From: Patescibacteria group bacterium
GTDB lineage: Bacteria; Patescibacteriota; Minisyncoccia; RBG-13-40-8-A
Reading direction: 5' to 3'
Assembly: GCA_043807255.1 (NCBI GenBank)
Contig: JAZDGD010000007.1
Span: forward strand, 17,069-81,068
DNA: 64,000 bases
The notes beneath the pieces are model-generated. The model was given only the letters and a program-made list of their open reading frames with translations. It ran no database searches and was not told the DNA's origin. Position 1 is the first letter of the stretch, and every line of letters starts with the position of its first letter. The position numbers and the translations under genes were made by a program. Positions 46,385 through 56,007 of the stretch are shown piece by piece.

Positions 46385-47419
46385 TTAGTAGATGTAGCCA
46401 CGTATTCGCCAGTCATCTTGATTTAAAATTCTCACACGCTTAATGCCACGGCCCAAACTCATTTCTGAAATTGTAATCGTGTTCTCTCCTACGGCCTCAA
46501 CATAGGCAACGTGACCATAAATACTTTCTTTTGTAGAAACAATCGCCCCGACAACTGGTTCTGTGCCAGTCGCAAACCCAAATTGTGGTGCTTTTGTAAG
46601 CCAAGTTTTAGCATCTCCGTTCCAAGGAATATACCTTTTTTGAGCAACATACCATGTGCATTGACCCCAAGGGAATCCATGACTTGCATCTCCATATGGC
46701 CCGAGTTCTTCTTGGGTATAAGAGGCATAAGTTCTTGCTTTTGCAGGAATAAATTGAATTGGTTTCTGACCATCGGGAATTATAATTTCCTGTCCAATAG
46801 CCAAAACACCGTTTGCTGGCAAACCATTTAAATTAATGGTCTCGTCGGTATCCCCCTTGTATGTTTTAACAATACCATCTAATGTGTCTCCCTTCTTAAT
46901 CGTGTGTTTAACGCCTGAAACCGGCAATATTGATAATTTCTGACCAATCTTAATCTTGCTTGTTGGGGTTAAATTGTTCGCCCAAAGCAGGGTGTTGGTC
47001 GTAATTCCAAACATTGAAGCGATTTCTGATGGAACGTCTCCTTGCTGAACCTCATAAGCGATAACGCTCCCTCTGCCAGAAGATGAAAACGGCGAAACCG
47101 TTGCTGGAGAATTGTGGGCAACAAAGGCATTGTCTTGAACCATAATTCCTAATTCTTTAAATGATTCATCTATAAAATATGACTCCTCGACTATCTCCTC
47201 GTGTAGATTTAAATAATCAGAAGCATAGACGCAAGAACCACTTATGGCTGAATTTATATCCTCCTGATTTGTGCTGAAATTGCCAGTAAAACTACCAGCA
47301 ATTGTCGTAGTTATGAATAAAACCATTAAAACAATAAAAATAACTGCTGCTACCCCTATATTGGCCGAGCCCACCGGGCTATAGTGCCTAAAATATAGGG
47401 TTTTGAGCAGTTTGCCCAT
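46385..47419 (-). CDS. LysM x2 + CHAP peptidoglycan hydrolase
   Basis: Two LysM repeats; FPWGQCTWYV, WNGDA..W and YGHVAYVE motifs. Confidence 0.92.
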   Translation of the reverse strand: MGKLLKTLYFRHYSPVGSANIGVAAVIFIVLMVLFITTTIAGSFTGNFSTNQEDINSAISGSCVYASDYLNLHEEIVEESYFIDESFKELGIMVQDNAFVAHNSPATVSPFSSSGRGSVIAYEVQQGDVPSEIASMFGITTNTLLWANNLTPTSKIKIGQKLSILPVSGVKHTIKKGDTLDGIVKTYKGDTDETINLNGLPANGVLAIGQEIIIPDGQKPIQFIPAKARTYASYTQEELGPYGDASHGFPWGQCTWYVAQKRYIPWNGDAKTWLTKAPQFGFATGTEPVVGAIVSTKESIYGHVAYVEAVGENTITISEMSLGRGIKRVRILNQDDWRIRGYIY

Positions 47420-47581
47420 AAAACTACTAGTTGTTTGAATCTTATAAATAGGTTTTTGGTTAAACTGATTACCTAAAATAAAAAATACCTAACTGAGTTT
47501 TGGTACTTTTAATACTATCACAGGAATAAGCCCTTGTCAAGTTTTTTTCGTTAAAATTTTGGCTCGTGTTATACTTGGGTT

Positions 47582-49507
47582 ATGAGCGATATTTTAACTG
47601 ATTTGAATCCAAAACAGCAAGAAGCGGTAACCACGATTGATGGGCCGGTTTTGATATTGGCTGGGCCGGGTTCTGGCAAGACAAAAGTGCTTACTCACCG
47701 CTTAGCATACATGGTAAAATCAGGAATTTTGCCCCAAAACATCTTGGCGGTCACATTTACAAATAAGGCGGCAGGCGAGATGAAATCGCGAACAGCAAAG
47801 CTGCTCGACCATACCAGCTATCTACCTTTTATGGGAACCTTCCACGCATTTTGCTTAAAAACCTTGCGCAAAGAAATCCCCAAATTGGGCTACAGATCAA
47901 GTTTTGTAATTTATGACGAAGACGACCAATTGAGCTTGGTAAAAGACGTTATTAAGCGATTAGAAATTAACCAAGACCAGTTCTCTGCTAAAAGGGCCCT
48001 ACACACAATTTCTTCCCTAAAAAACGAAATTATTGATTACAAAGAATACGAAGATAATGCACAAGAATTTTTTGAGAAAATAATTGCTAAAATTTATAGA
48101 GGGTATCAAGAAGAACTAAAAAAGAACAATGCCCTGGACTTTGATGACTTAATTATGTTTATGGTTAAAATTTTTGAAGAATGGCCAGATGTCTTAGAAA
48201 GATATCAAGAACAATACAAATATATTATGGTTGATGAATATCAGGACACTGACCCATCGCAATACAAATTAATTAAATTATTATCGTCTAAATACAAAAA
48301 TATTTGCGTAGTGGGAGACGACGCACAATCGATTTATTCATTTAGAAATGCGGATTTCAGAAATATTTTGAATTTTGAAAAAGATTATCCGCAAGCAAAA
48401 GTTGTGACCCTAGACCAAAATTATCGATCAACACAAAATATTTTAGACGCTGCTTCAAAATTAATTTCCAAAAATGTTTATCAAAAACCGAAAAATCTTT
48501 GGACAGAGAATCCTTCTGGCCCCTTGATTGCAGTTGTGGGAACCTGGAACGAAAAAAGCGAAGCGGAATTCATTGTTAAAAAGATTGCCGAACTCTCACA
48601 ACAGGGATACAAATTAAGCGATTTTGCAATTTTCTACCGAACCAATGCCCAATCACGTGCAGTTGAAGAGGCGTTTATTAAAAACAACATCCCCTACAAA
48701 TTGGTGGGAGCGATTAGATTTTATCAAAGAAGGGAAATTAAAGATTTGATTGGATATTTAAAATATATTTCCAACGGCGATGAATTGAGTTTAAAAAGAA
48801 TTATTAACACTCCCACTCGAGGGGTTGGCAAAATTACAATTGATAAAATCTTACAAAATGGCATTGAAAAAATCGCTGAAGAAAAAAATGAAGTAGGGTT
48901 ATTCTATAAAATTATTCAAAAAGCAAAAGAACTCGCTCTAAAATCGCCATTATCAAAGCTTTTAAAATTTATTCTCAAAGAAACTGAATATCAGAATTAT
49001 CTTAAAAAAACTTATGGCGATAACGAACTGCAGGCCGGACTTTCTGAAGATGAGGCGCGATGGCAAAACGTTGAAGAGCTCGTCAGTGTTGCTGCCGAAT
49101 ATGATAAACTCCCTTCACCACAAGGATTAAATGATTTTTTGGAAAAAACTGCATTACTTTCTGATGCTGACGAAATTCAAAACAATCAAAATGTTGTACA
49201 TCTAATGACACTTCATACCGCCAAGGGGCTGGAATTTCCAGCAATTTTCATTATTGGTTGCGAAGAGGGAATTTTACCTCATTCGCGAAGCTTACTAAAT
49301 CCTTTAGACATTGAAGAAGAACGCAGACTATTTTATGTCGGCATAACCAGAAGTAAGGTTCATTTACATTTAATCGTTTCTCAACGCAGAACAAGCTGGG
49401 GATCGCAAGAAGCGAATCCGCCATCGAGATTTTTGTCAGAAATACCTGAACATCTAATTCAATACGAAGAATTCGAACCAGACATTAAAGGACTAATTGA
49501 TTTTTAA
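47582..49507 (+). CDS. pcrA: ATP-dependent DNA helicase PcrA/UvrD
   Basis: AGPGSGKT, TFTNKAA, DEYQD, NYRST, HTAKGLEF and EERRLFYVGITR motifs. Confidence 0.96.
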   Translation: MSDILTDLNPKQQEAVTTIDGPVLILAGPGSGKTKVLTHRLAYMVKSGILPQNILAVTFTNKAAGEMKSRTAKLLDHTSYLPFMGTFHAFCLKTLRKEIPKLGYRSSFVIYDEDDQLSLVKDVIKRLEINQDQFSAKRALHTISSLKNEIIDYKEYEDNAQEFFEKIIAKIYRGYQEELKKNNALDFDDLIMFMVKIFEEWPDVLERYQEQYKYIMVDEYQDTDPSQYKLIKLLSSKYKNICVVGDDAQSIYSFRNADFRNILNFEKDYPQAKVVTLDQNYRSTQNILDAASKLISKNVYQKPKNLWTENPSGPLIAVVGTWNEKSEAEFIVKKIAELSQQGYKLSDFAIFYRTNAQSRAVEEAFIKNNIPYKLVGAIRFYQRREIKDLIGYLKYISNGDELSLKRIINTPTRGVGKITIDKILQNGIEKIAEEKNEVGLFYKIIQKAKELALKSPLSKLLKFILKETEYQNYLKKTYGDNELQAGLSEDEARWQNVEELVSVAAEYDKLPSPQGLNDFLEKTALLSDADEIQNNQNVVHLMTLHTAKGLEFPAIFIIGCEEGILPHSRSLLNPLDIEEERRLFYVGITRSKVHLHLIVSQRRTSWGSQEANPPSRFLSEIPEHLIQYEEFEPDIKGLIDF

Positions 49508-50373
49508 TGATTAAAATTCAAGATATTTTAAACAGATACAATATCAAACCCAATAAATTTATGGGGCAGAATTTTTTGATTGACGAGAATGTTTTGAATA
49601 AAATTATTGAAACTGCAAACATTAAACCAAACGATATTATTTTGGAGGTTGGGCCCGGATTAGGAAATTTAACATTGGAACTAGCAAAAAGGGCAGAGCG
49701 AGTGATTGCGATTGAAAAAGATAGAGAATTGTGTGAAATATTAGAAAAAATTCTAAAAGATAACAACATAAAAAATGTCCAAATTATCAATGACGATATT
49801 TTAAAAATGGGAGACATCGCACGTCCCCATGTAGGACGTGCGATGTCCTACATGGTTGTGGCAAATATTCCGTACTATCTTACTTCGCCATTGATTAGAA
49901 TGTTTTTGGAAACAGAAAATAAACCAAGCGAAATAATTTTAATGATTCAAAAAGAGGTGGCTCAGCGCATCTGCGCTTCGCCACCCACTAAATCGCCAAA
50001 GGCGATCGGGCCCGAACTACGAAGTAGTTCTAGGGCAAAAATGTCCTTACTCGCCGTATCTGTGCAATTTTATGCTAAACCAGAGATAATTTCTTTTGTT
50101 TCTAAAAATAGTTTTTACCCTGTGCCAAAAGTGGATTCTTCAATCATCAAAATAGTGCCCTACAACACAAAGAATGTTGGACGTCCGACGTCCAACATTG
50201 ATACGGAAAAGTTTTTTAAATTGGTGAAAATGGGGTTTTCTGCGAAAAGAAAGATGCTAAAAAACAACATCCCTGAAATTAATTTTGAAAAATTAAATTT
50301 AAATCCAGGTATTCGTGCAGAGAGTTTAACGATCAATGATTGGATTAAAATTTATGAACAATTTAATCCCTAA
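49507..50373 (+). CDS. rsmA: 16S rRNA dimethyladenosine transferase with three palindrome-derived insertions
   Basis: GQNFL, EVGPGLG, ANIPYY, MIQKEVA.R, F.PVPKVDS and RAE.L motifs. Confidence 0.95.
   Translation: MIKIQDILNRYNIKPNKFMGQNFLIDENVLNKIIETANIKPNDIILEVGPGLGNLTLELAKRAERVIAIEKDRELCEILEKILKDNNIKNVQIINDDILKMGDIARPHVGRAMSYMVVANIPYYLTSPLIRMFLETENKPSEIILMIQKEVAQRICASPPTKSPKAIGPELRSSSRAKMSLLAVSVQFYAKPEIISFVSKNSFYPVPKVDSSIIKIVPYNTKNVGRPTSNIDTEKFFKLVKMGFSAKRKMLKNNIPEINFEKLNLNPGIRAESLTINDWIKIYEQFNP
49807..49853. repeat. Family A doublet in frame within rsmA
   Basis: ATGGGAGACATCGCACGTCCCC-ATGTAGGACGTGCGATGTCCTACAT encodes MGDIARPHVGRAMSY. Confidence 0.88.
49987..50037. repeat. Double-hairpin insertion in frame within rsmA
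   Basis: ATCGCC-AAA-GGCGAT and GAACTAC-GAA-GTAGTTC; encodes ~TKSPKAIGPELRSSSRA. Confidence 0.75.
50173..50199. repeat. Family A perfect palindrome, exactly 9 codons within rsmA
   Basis: AATGTTGGACGT-CCG-ACGTCCAACATT = NVGRPTSNI. Confidence 0.9.
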
Positions 50374-51976
50374 CATTAAAAAAAATTTAAACTTCATATT
50401 ACCCATTACGAGCGGACTGTTGTTGATTTTGTTCCCTTTGTTCGATTTTAATCATCTGATTTGGTTTTCATTGATTCCATTATTTTTATTTATATTTTCA
50501 AAATCAACAACAACAAAGAGGGCATTTTTTGGTGGGTTAGTCACTGGCACAATTTTCGGTGGCGGATTGCTTTTGTGGTTATTTGACACTGTGCCATTTG
50601 AATTCTTGGATGTTAACACTGAGAAAGAAGTTGTTGTGGTATTTTTCGTCTTTCTCCTTCTGTGGCTCATTCACATTCTATTCGTTGGATTATTTATTGG
50701 TGCGTTCTCATGGACAATTAAAAAATTATTGTCTCTGAAAATCAATACAATTTGGCCAATATTCTTAATCCCAGGAATTTGGATAATTTTTGAATATTTA
50801 CGAACTTGGGGATTTAATATCTTGTGGCTGGGGAAAGAAACCCTATGGAGTCCCTATTGGACGTGGGGGAATTTAGCGTATTTTTTGCACAACAATTCTC
50901 CTCTCTCGCAAATAGCGGACATCGGCGGAATTTATTTAATTAGCTTCTTAATTGTTTTAATTAATACTTTATTGTTTTTAATGATCTATAAAATTAAACA
51001 AAAAACCATATCTCTTAAATATTTCGCATCTATAATAATTTTTATCATTTCAATTTTTTCGATTTGGAAATGTTATGGATTTTATAAATTGAACATTCCC
51101 GAGAACGGCAAAATAATTAAATTAGCAATCCTACAAACCAATTTTGCTTCTGGAAACGAACTGAACGCCTATAATCGGCTTGATATTTTTAATATCGTAA
51201 AAAAAATATTTCAAGAACCAGAAAACATTAACCAAAATCCAGACATCATTATTGAGCCCGAAGGATTTAGCATTACAGCAATGGCTGGAAGCAATGAAAT
51301 TGCTAAATATATTCTCAAAGATTTTTGGCGACCAGGACAAATTTTTATTGAGAATCAAAAATTTACGGACAAAAACGGAAAAACAACATCTCGATTGTTC
51401 TATTTTGATTTAGACAAAAAAGAACCAATCGCTGTTTATGACAAGACATTTTTAATGCCCAATGGAGATTATTTGCCATATATTACAAAACTTTTTCTTA
51501 ATTTATATTCTTTCAAAACCGACTTGAAAGAAAAATTCTTTTCTCGTGGAAATTTTTCTTACCCAGCCAAAACATTAAAGGGCAATGTCGGCGGAACAAT
51601 ATGCACTGGATTTATGTCTCCAAACGAAAATAGACGAATGACTAATAACGGAGCCGAGATATTAATGTCGTCTTCTAGCGATGCACCATTTCATGGCTCT
51701 GCAACCCTCCTAAATCAAATTATGGCGATGACAAAATTCCGAGCCATAGAAAATAATCGTTATTTTGCGCAAGCAACCAATGTGGGGTATTCTTTTCTGC
51801 TCAATTCCAAAGGAGAAGTTATTGACAAGTCCCCAACCATAGATAATCGCATAATATTTGTAGATGCCAAACTTTTAACAGACAAATCCTTATATACAAA
51901 ATATGGTGATTGGATAATTTATTTAACAATTTTGATATTAACAATCTTTTTGTTTTTAAAATTTTATAAAAAATGA
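50354..51976 (+). CDS. lnt: Apolipoprotein N-acyltransferase
   Basis: Multi-TM N-terminus, QIADIGGIY.ISF, nitrilase triad PE / YDK..L.P.GD / IC, RAIEN, LY.KYGDW. Confidence 0.85.
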   Translation: MNNLIPNIKKNLNFILPITSGLLLILFPLFDFNHLIWFSLIPLFLFIFSKSTTTKRAFFGGLVTGTIFGGGLLLWLFDTVPFEFLDVNTEKEVVVVFFVFLLLWLIHILFVGLFIGAFSWTIKKLLSLKINTIWPIFLIPGIWIIFEYLRTWGFNILWLGKETLWSPYWTWGNLAYFLHNNSPLSQIADIGGIYLISFLIVLINTLLFLMIYKIKQKTISLKYFASIIIFIISIFSIWKCYGFYKLNIPENGKIIKLAILQTNFASGNELNAYNRLDIFNIVKKIFQEPENINQNPDIIIEPEGFSITAMAGSNEIAKYILKDFWRPGQIFIENQKFTDKNGKTTSRLFYFDLDKKEPIAVYDKTFLMPNGDYLPYITKLFLNLYSFKTDLKEKFFSRGNFSYPAKTLKGNVGGTICTGFMSPNENRRMTNNGAEILMSSSSDAPFHGSATLLNQIMAMTKFRAIENNRYFAQATNVGYSFLLNSKGEVIDKSPTIDNRIIFVDAKLLTDKSLYTKYGDWIIYLTILILTIFLFLKFYKK

Positions 51977-52027
51977 TATAATTAATTTAACATAGCTTGA
52001 CATTTAAATTTTTGGTATAATAAGAGT

Positions 52028-53038
52028 ATGAAAATCAAAAAATCACACTTAACTATAATCCCGTTAGCATTAATTTTTGCTATTGGGTTAATTTTATTTA
52101 TCGGTGCTTATTCGAAAAGAGATGCTTTCTCCAGCTATAATTTATGGGGAGCAAGACAAACAATTGTTGAATCCCAAAATCTTGATACTGACAACGACGG
52201 ACTTAAGGACTGGGAAGAAGATTTATACAAAACCGACAGGTTGAATCCCGACACAGACAATGATGGATACTTAGACGGCGAAGAAATTAATTCTGGGCAC
52301 AATCCATTAATCAAAGCACCGGGAGACGAAGAAATGTTTTATCCGCTTCCCTTAGGAGATAAATACAATATTACAAATAAAATTTTGAATAGCGAATTTA
52401 TTGACTCGATATTAGAATCGTATGTTGCTCAAAAAAACGAATATATTAATGATCACCAAATCACATCACCGGACGAATATGGTCAGACAATAGACAAAAC
52501 AACGGTTCAAACAATGTTCACAAGAGCAATCGCCGAAGGATATCCATTACTAATTGAAAGCGCTGACCAAATATTACAAAAAATGCCAGAAATCTTTAAC
52601 ATACAGATTTCAGACGACAATATTTTTGTATCCGATGACAATAGTACAGAAAACGTTAAATCCTATATTGAAAAAACCTCGTCTATCTTAAAATCAAAAA
52701 CATTTTTATTGCAACAACAAAGTTTTTCTGCTGTCACTTCCGCATTTAAAGAGGGTGATTTTTCAAAAATAGACACGGTAATCAAAGACAACGCAGGCAA
52801 AATTGACACTTTAAAAGAAATTGTTGTGCCATCTTCCTGGAAAGAAATTCATAAAGAGGGGTTGGGGTTAATTTTAACCATCCGAAACATCTTTATATCG
52901 TTCAGAGACCTTCCCAATGATCCCCTAAAAGCATATGCCGCCTTAAATGAATTTGAAAAATTTTCCGACAGATGGAATGGCTTTATAGAAAAAGCGATTA
53001 ATTTAGCGAAACAACAAAACATAGAAATTAATTTATAA
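52028..53038 (+). CDS. Membrane-anchored protein with TSP3-like Ca-binding repeats
   Basis: DTDNDGLKDWEE...DTDNDGYLDGEE. Confidence 0.75.
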   Translation: MKIKKSHLTIIPLALIFAIGLILFIGAYSKRDAFSSYNLWGARQTIVESQNLDTDNDGLKDWEEDLYKTDRLNPDTDNDGYLDGEEINSGHNPLIKAPGDEEMFYPLPLGDKYNITNKILNSEFIDSILESYVAQKNEYINDHQITSPDEYGQTIDKTTVQTMFTRAIAEGYPLLIESADQILQKMPEIFNIQISDDNIFVSDDNSTENVKSYIEKTSSILKSKTFLLQQQSFSAVTSAFKEGDFSKIDTVIKDNAGKIDTLKEIVVPSSWKEIHKEGLGLILTIRNIFISFRDLPNDPLKAYAALNEFEKFSDRWNGFIEKAINLAKQQNIEINL

Positions 53039-53043
53039 AAATT

Positions 53044-55980
53044 ATGCTCAACAAATTTCAAAAAATAATAATTTCTTCCATTATATTTTGTTTAATTTTT
53101 GGTTTTGTTTTTAATATATTTCTTACCAGACCAAAAATAGTACAAGCAACTGACGGAGGTGCTGGTTTTTTAAATTTAATGAAAGAGACAGTACTTGACG
53201 CTGTCGGTTGGGGAGTTACGGATATGGTATTGAAACCATTAAAACAAAAAATACAGGATTGGGGGATGGGCAAAACAAGCGATAGCAACACACCATTCTT
53301 TGTTATGGATTGGAAAAAGTTTTGGGACGACGCATTAGATATTGCTTCAGCAAAATTTATAGAAGAACTGGGAGCGACAAAGCTTTGCGGACCATTACAA
53401 ATAAGCATTGGTCAAAATCCAACATTTACTACATATTATAGTGACAAACCACAATACAAAAACTATTCTGCTTGCACGCTTGATAATGTTGTGGATAATG
53501 TTGAGTCGTTTTTTAAAAATCCATCAATTTCTGTTTATGGCTGGGACGCATGGACAGCATTAACTCAACCGAATAATAATTTTTTGGGTGCGTATCTGAT
53601 GGCAGCGCAAAGACAAGATGAATTGGCACAGGAAGAACTTGATGCCAAAAACAAAGAAACCGCAGTAAGCGAGGGGACTAAAAATGAAACAACAACTAAG
53701 GCAACGGACACTGATACTTGTAATAAAAAATGTGATACTGATTTCCCAACCACAACTCCTGGCAACGACATAAAATGGAATGATTGTCTCGACAAGTGCG
53801 AGACAACAACAAAAGGCGTTCCAACACAAAGCGGGGTTAAGAATCTCGGAGCAACAATCAAAGAGAATATGGACAAGGCCCTGGGAGCAGATATGAGCAG
53901 AATCATTAGTGCAGACGAAATCAGTGAACTTGTGGGAGTGTTTTTTAGCGCTGTTTTAAACAAAGCTATTGATGGATTAGGACTAGTCCCATCTTCTGCT
54001 AACCAAACAACCCAAGAACAGAATCGAAACGAAAATAAAGATCTTTACGGATACGGAACATCGGTAGGGCAAACAATTACCCCTGAAATGCAAAAAGACA
54101 TCCGCACTACTATTTTAAATGGCACACTTAAGGGAGTACAAATGATATCGAGAGCAACAGCAAAATGTAAAGATGAAAAAACGATGCTTACTGAATTAGA
54201 TTTCAATAAAAACATTACTGACATGTATTCGGCACAATTAGAAGCATTGTATGTCGGAACAACCGGAATTGCCTTAAAGCCCGACTTTACAGTATTAGAC
54301 TCTCCATTCGCTCCGTTTTCTCTATACGGTTATCGTTGGGGAGAAATTCCTGTAAACAAGATACCAGCTAAGTGCAAAAAGATGATCACTCAGTCAAGCG
54401 GAGGATTAACCGCTTCCTGCAAAGATATTGTTAGCGGTCTTGAGCCAAATTACAGTAAACAATGCACTCAATGTATTTATGATGATAGCGAATTAAATTG
54501 TCCACCTGCACCATATCCGCCATTTTCAAAACCATCCGTATTAACAAAAGCAGTGGTTACTGCCAAACAAGAATTTTATAGTGGTTGTATGAACTGGTAT
54601 GAAGTAACAACCAATAGATGTAAAGAATGTGTGAAAAAGACAGATGAAAAATGCGATCAGGAAGATGGCGCTCAAAAACAAGCATGCATTGAAAGCGTCT
54701 GCAGTAATTACGAAGACCTGAAACCACATGTTGTCTCTACAATAAGCAGTGGCATTGATTTCCATAGTAAGTGTTTGCTTGAAGAAACAAAAACATCTTG
54801 TTTCACCTGCCTTAAAGAATATTTTATGCCTGCGTCATACTGCGATGATATGAGTGCATTTACTGCGCGCGCATTAATAAAATATCCTGGCGTGGTATTG
54901 ATGGGTGACGCCAGAACCAGTGCATATTTTATAGGGAGATACGATTCAACGTTTGCCGATGCATTTGAGGGTGGCACAAAATGTAATAACGATCGAGACG
55001 CAAAGAAAGCAATAGACGTAAGTTTGATTTGTCAAATTATGCCCGACTTTGAAGACAACGGCATAAAGGTCTGTAAACAATATTGTATGGGGCACGGTAT
55101 GACTGAAGCAGAATTAAACGATATTGTGGACAATCGACCAACAAATGAAGATTGTAACAATCAAAAATTAAACATCGGCGGAAGTATAAATGTTTGGAAT
55201 ACTGTTAGCAATGGGAATTTTCAACAATTAAGTAAATGTTGCGCAGCAACAAATACAACAGATCTAAAGAGATACCAAACTTGTATTGGGGGATCAAAAC
55301 CATTGGTAGATGTTCCCCCTGTGTCCCCTTGCACGTTTGCTAAGCCAGTCAATCAAGAACCAGAATGTTATTGTAATGACGGCGAAAGACCGTTGGGATG
55401 GGCTAAGGCAAAAGTTTTTCCAGAATATACCAATGAATCGGATATAAGTTTTTGTACAGATTTCGAATTTCAATCACCTGGCACAAAACGATTAAGAATA
55501 TATACTGACAGCACTCCTGGCGGAGCGGTCGTTTATATCGGCAAAGACAGCTGTACGTATAATGGTACATACAAATTACAAGAACCAACTTCTACTGCTT
55601 GCCCGCCAAGCAACCCATTATTTATGGCCGAGACTTCTTTTGGAACGAATTCACAAGAATTTTATTATAACTTATCAGACACAGGCACGTTGCATGGCGG
55701 AGTATTTAATAATGACTTAACCGACACAAAAGCGACCACAATGCACGTATGCGCTCCCTGTGACCCATCAGATACAGGATATCCCAACTATGGAACAAGC
55801 TTGAATCAATGTTCGGGCAAATTAAGTAGCACTTCTGGAAGCGAAGGGTCTTATGTCCCACCAATCATGCCTGGGGACTGTTCATATACTCCACCAGGAG
55901 GAATGCCATCGTGCCCGAAAGATAAATACAATAGATGCATCCCGCCCCAAGATGATGATCCGATGTGTGAATGCAGATAA
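53044..55980 (+). CDS. Large secreted cysteine-rich protein of the T4SS-like cluster
   Basis: Signal peptide, GWDAW....QPNNNFLG and ADEISEL motifs, dozens of Cys in CxxxC/CxxC arrays. Confidence 0.75.
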   Translation: MLNKFQKIIISSIIFCLIFGFVFNIFLTRPKIVQATDGGAGFLNLMKETVLDAVGWGVTDMVLKPLKQKIQDWGMGKTSDSNTPFFVMDWKKFWDDALDIASAKFIEELGATKLCGPLQISIGQNPTFTTYYSDKPQYKNYSACTLDNVVDNVESFFKNPSISVYGWDAWTALTQPNNNFLGAYLMAAQRQDELAQEELDAKNKETAVSEGTKNETTTKATDTDTCNKKCDTDFPTTTPGNDIKWNDCLDKCETTTKGVPTQSGVKNLGATIKENMDKALGADMSRIISADEISELVGVFFSAVLNKAIDGLGLVPSSANQTTQEQNRNENKDLYGYGTSVGQTITPEMQKDIRTTILNGTLKGVQMISRATAKCKDEKTMLTELDFNKNITDMYSAQLEALYVGTTGIALKPDFTVLDSPFAPFSLYGYRWGEIPVNKIPAKCKKMITQSSGGLTASCKDIVSGLEPNYSKQCTQCIYDDSELNCPPAPYPPFSKPSVLTKAVVTAKQEFYSGCMNWYEVTTNRCKECVKKTDEKCDQEDGAQKQACIESVCSNYEDLKPHVVSTISSGIDFHSKCLLEETKTSCFTCLKEYFMPASYCDDMSAFTARALIKYPGVVLMGDARTSAYFIGRYDSTFADAFEGGTKCNNDRDAKKAIDVSLICQIMPDFEDNGIKVCKQYCMGHGMTEAELNDIVDNRPTNEDCNNQKLNIGGSINVWNTVSNGNFQQLSKCCAATNTTDLKRYQTCIGGSKPLVDVPPVSPCTFAKPVNQEPECYCNDGERPLGWAKAKVFPEYTNESDISFCTDFEFQSPGTKRLRIYTDSTPGGAVVYIGKDSCTYNGTYKLQEPTSTACPPSNPLFMAETSFGTNSQEFYYNLSDTGTLHGGVFNNDLTDTKATTMHVCAPCDPSDTGYPNYGTSLNQCSGKLSSTSGSEGSYVPPIMPGDCSYTPPGGMPSCPKDKYNRCIPPQDDDPMCECR

Positions 55981-56007
55981 AATACAAATATTGAAAAATA
56001 AAAAAAC

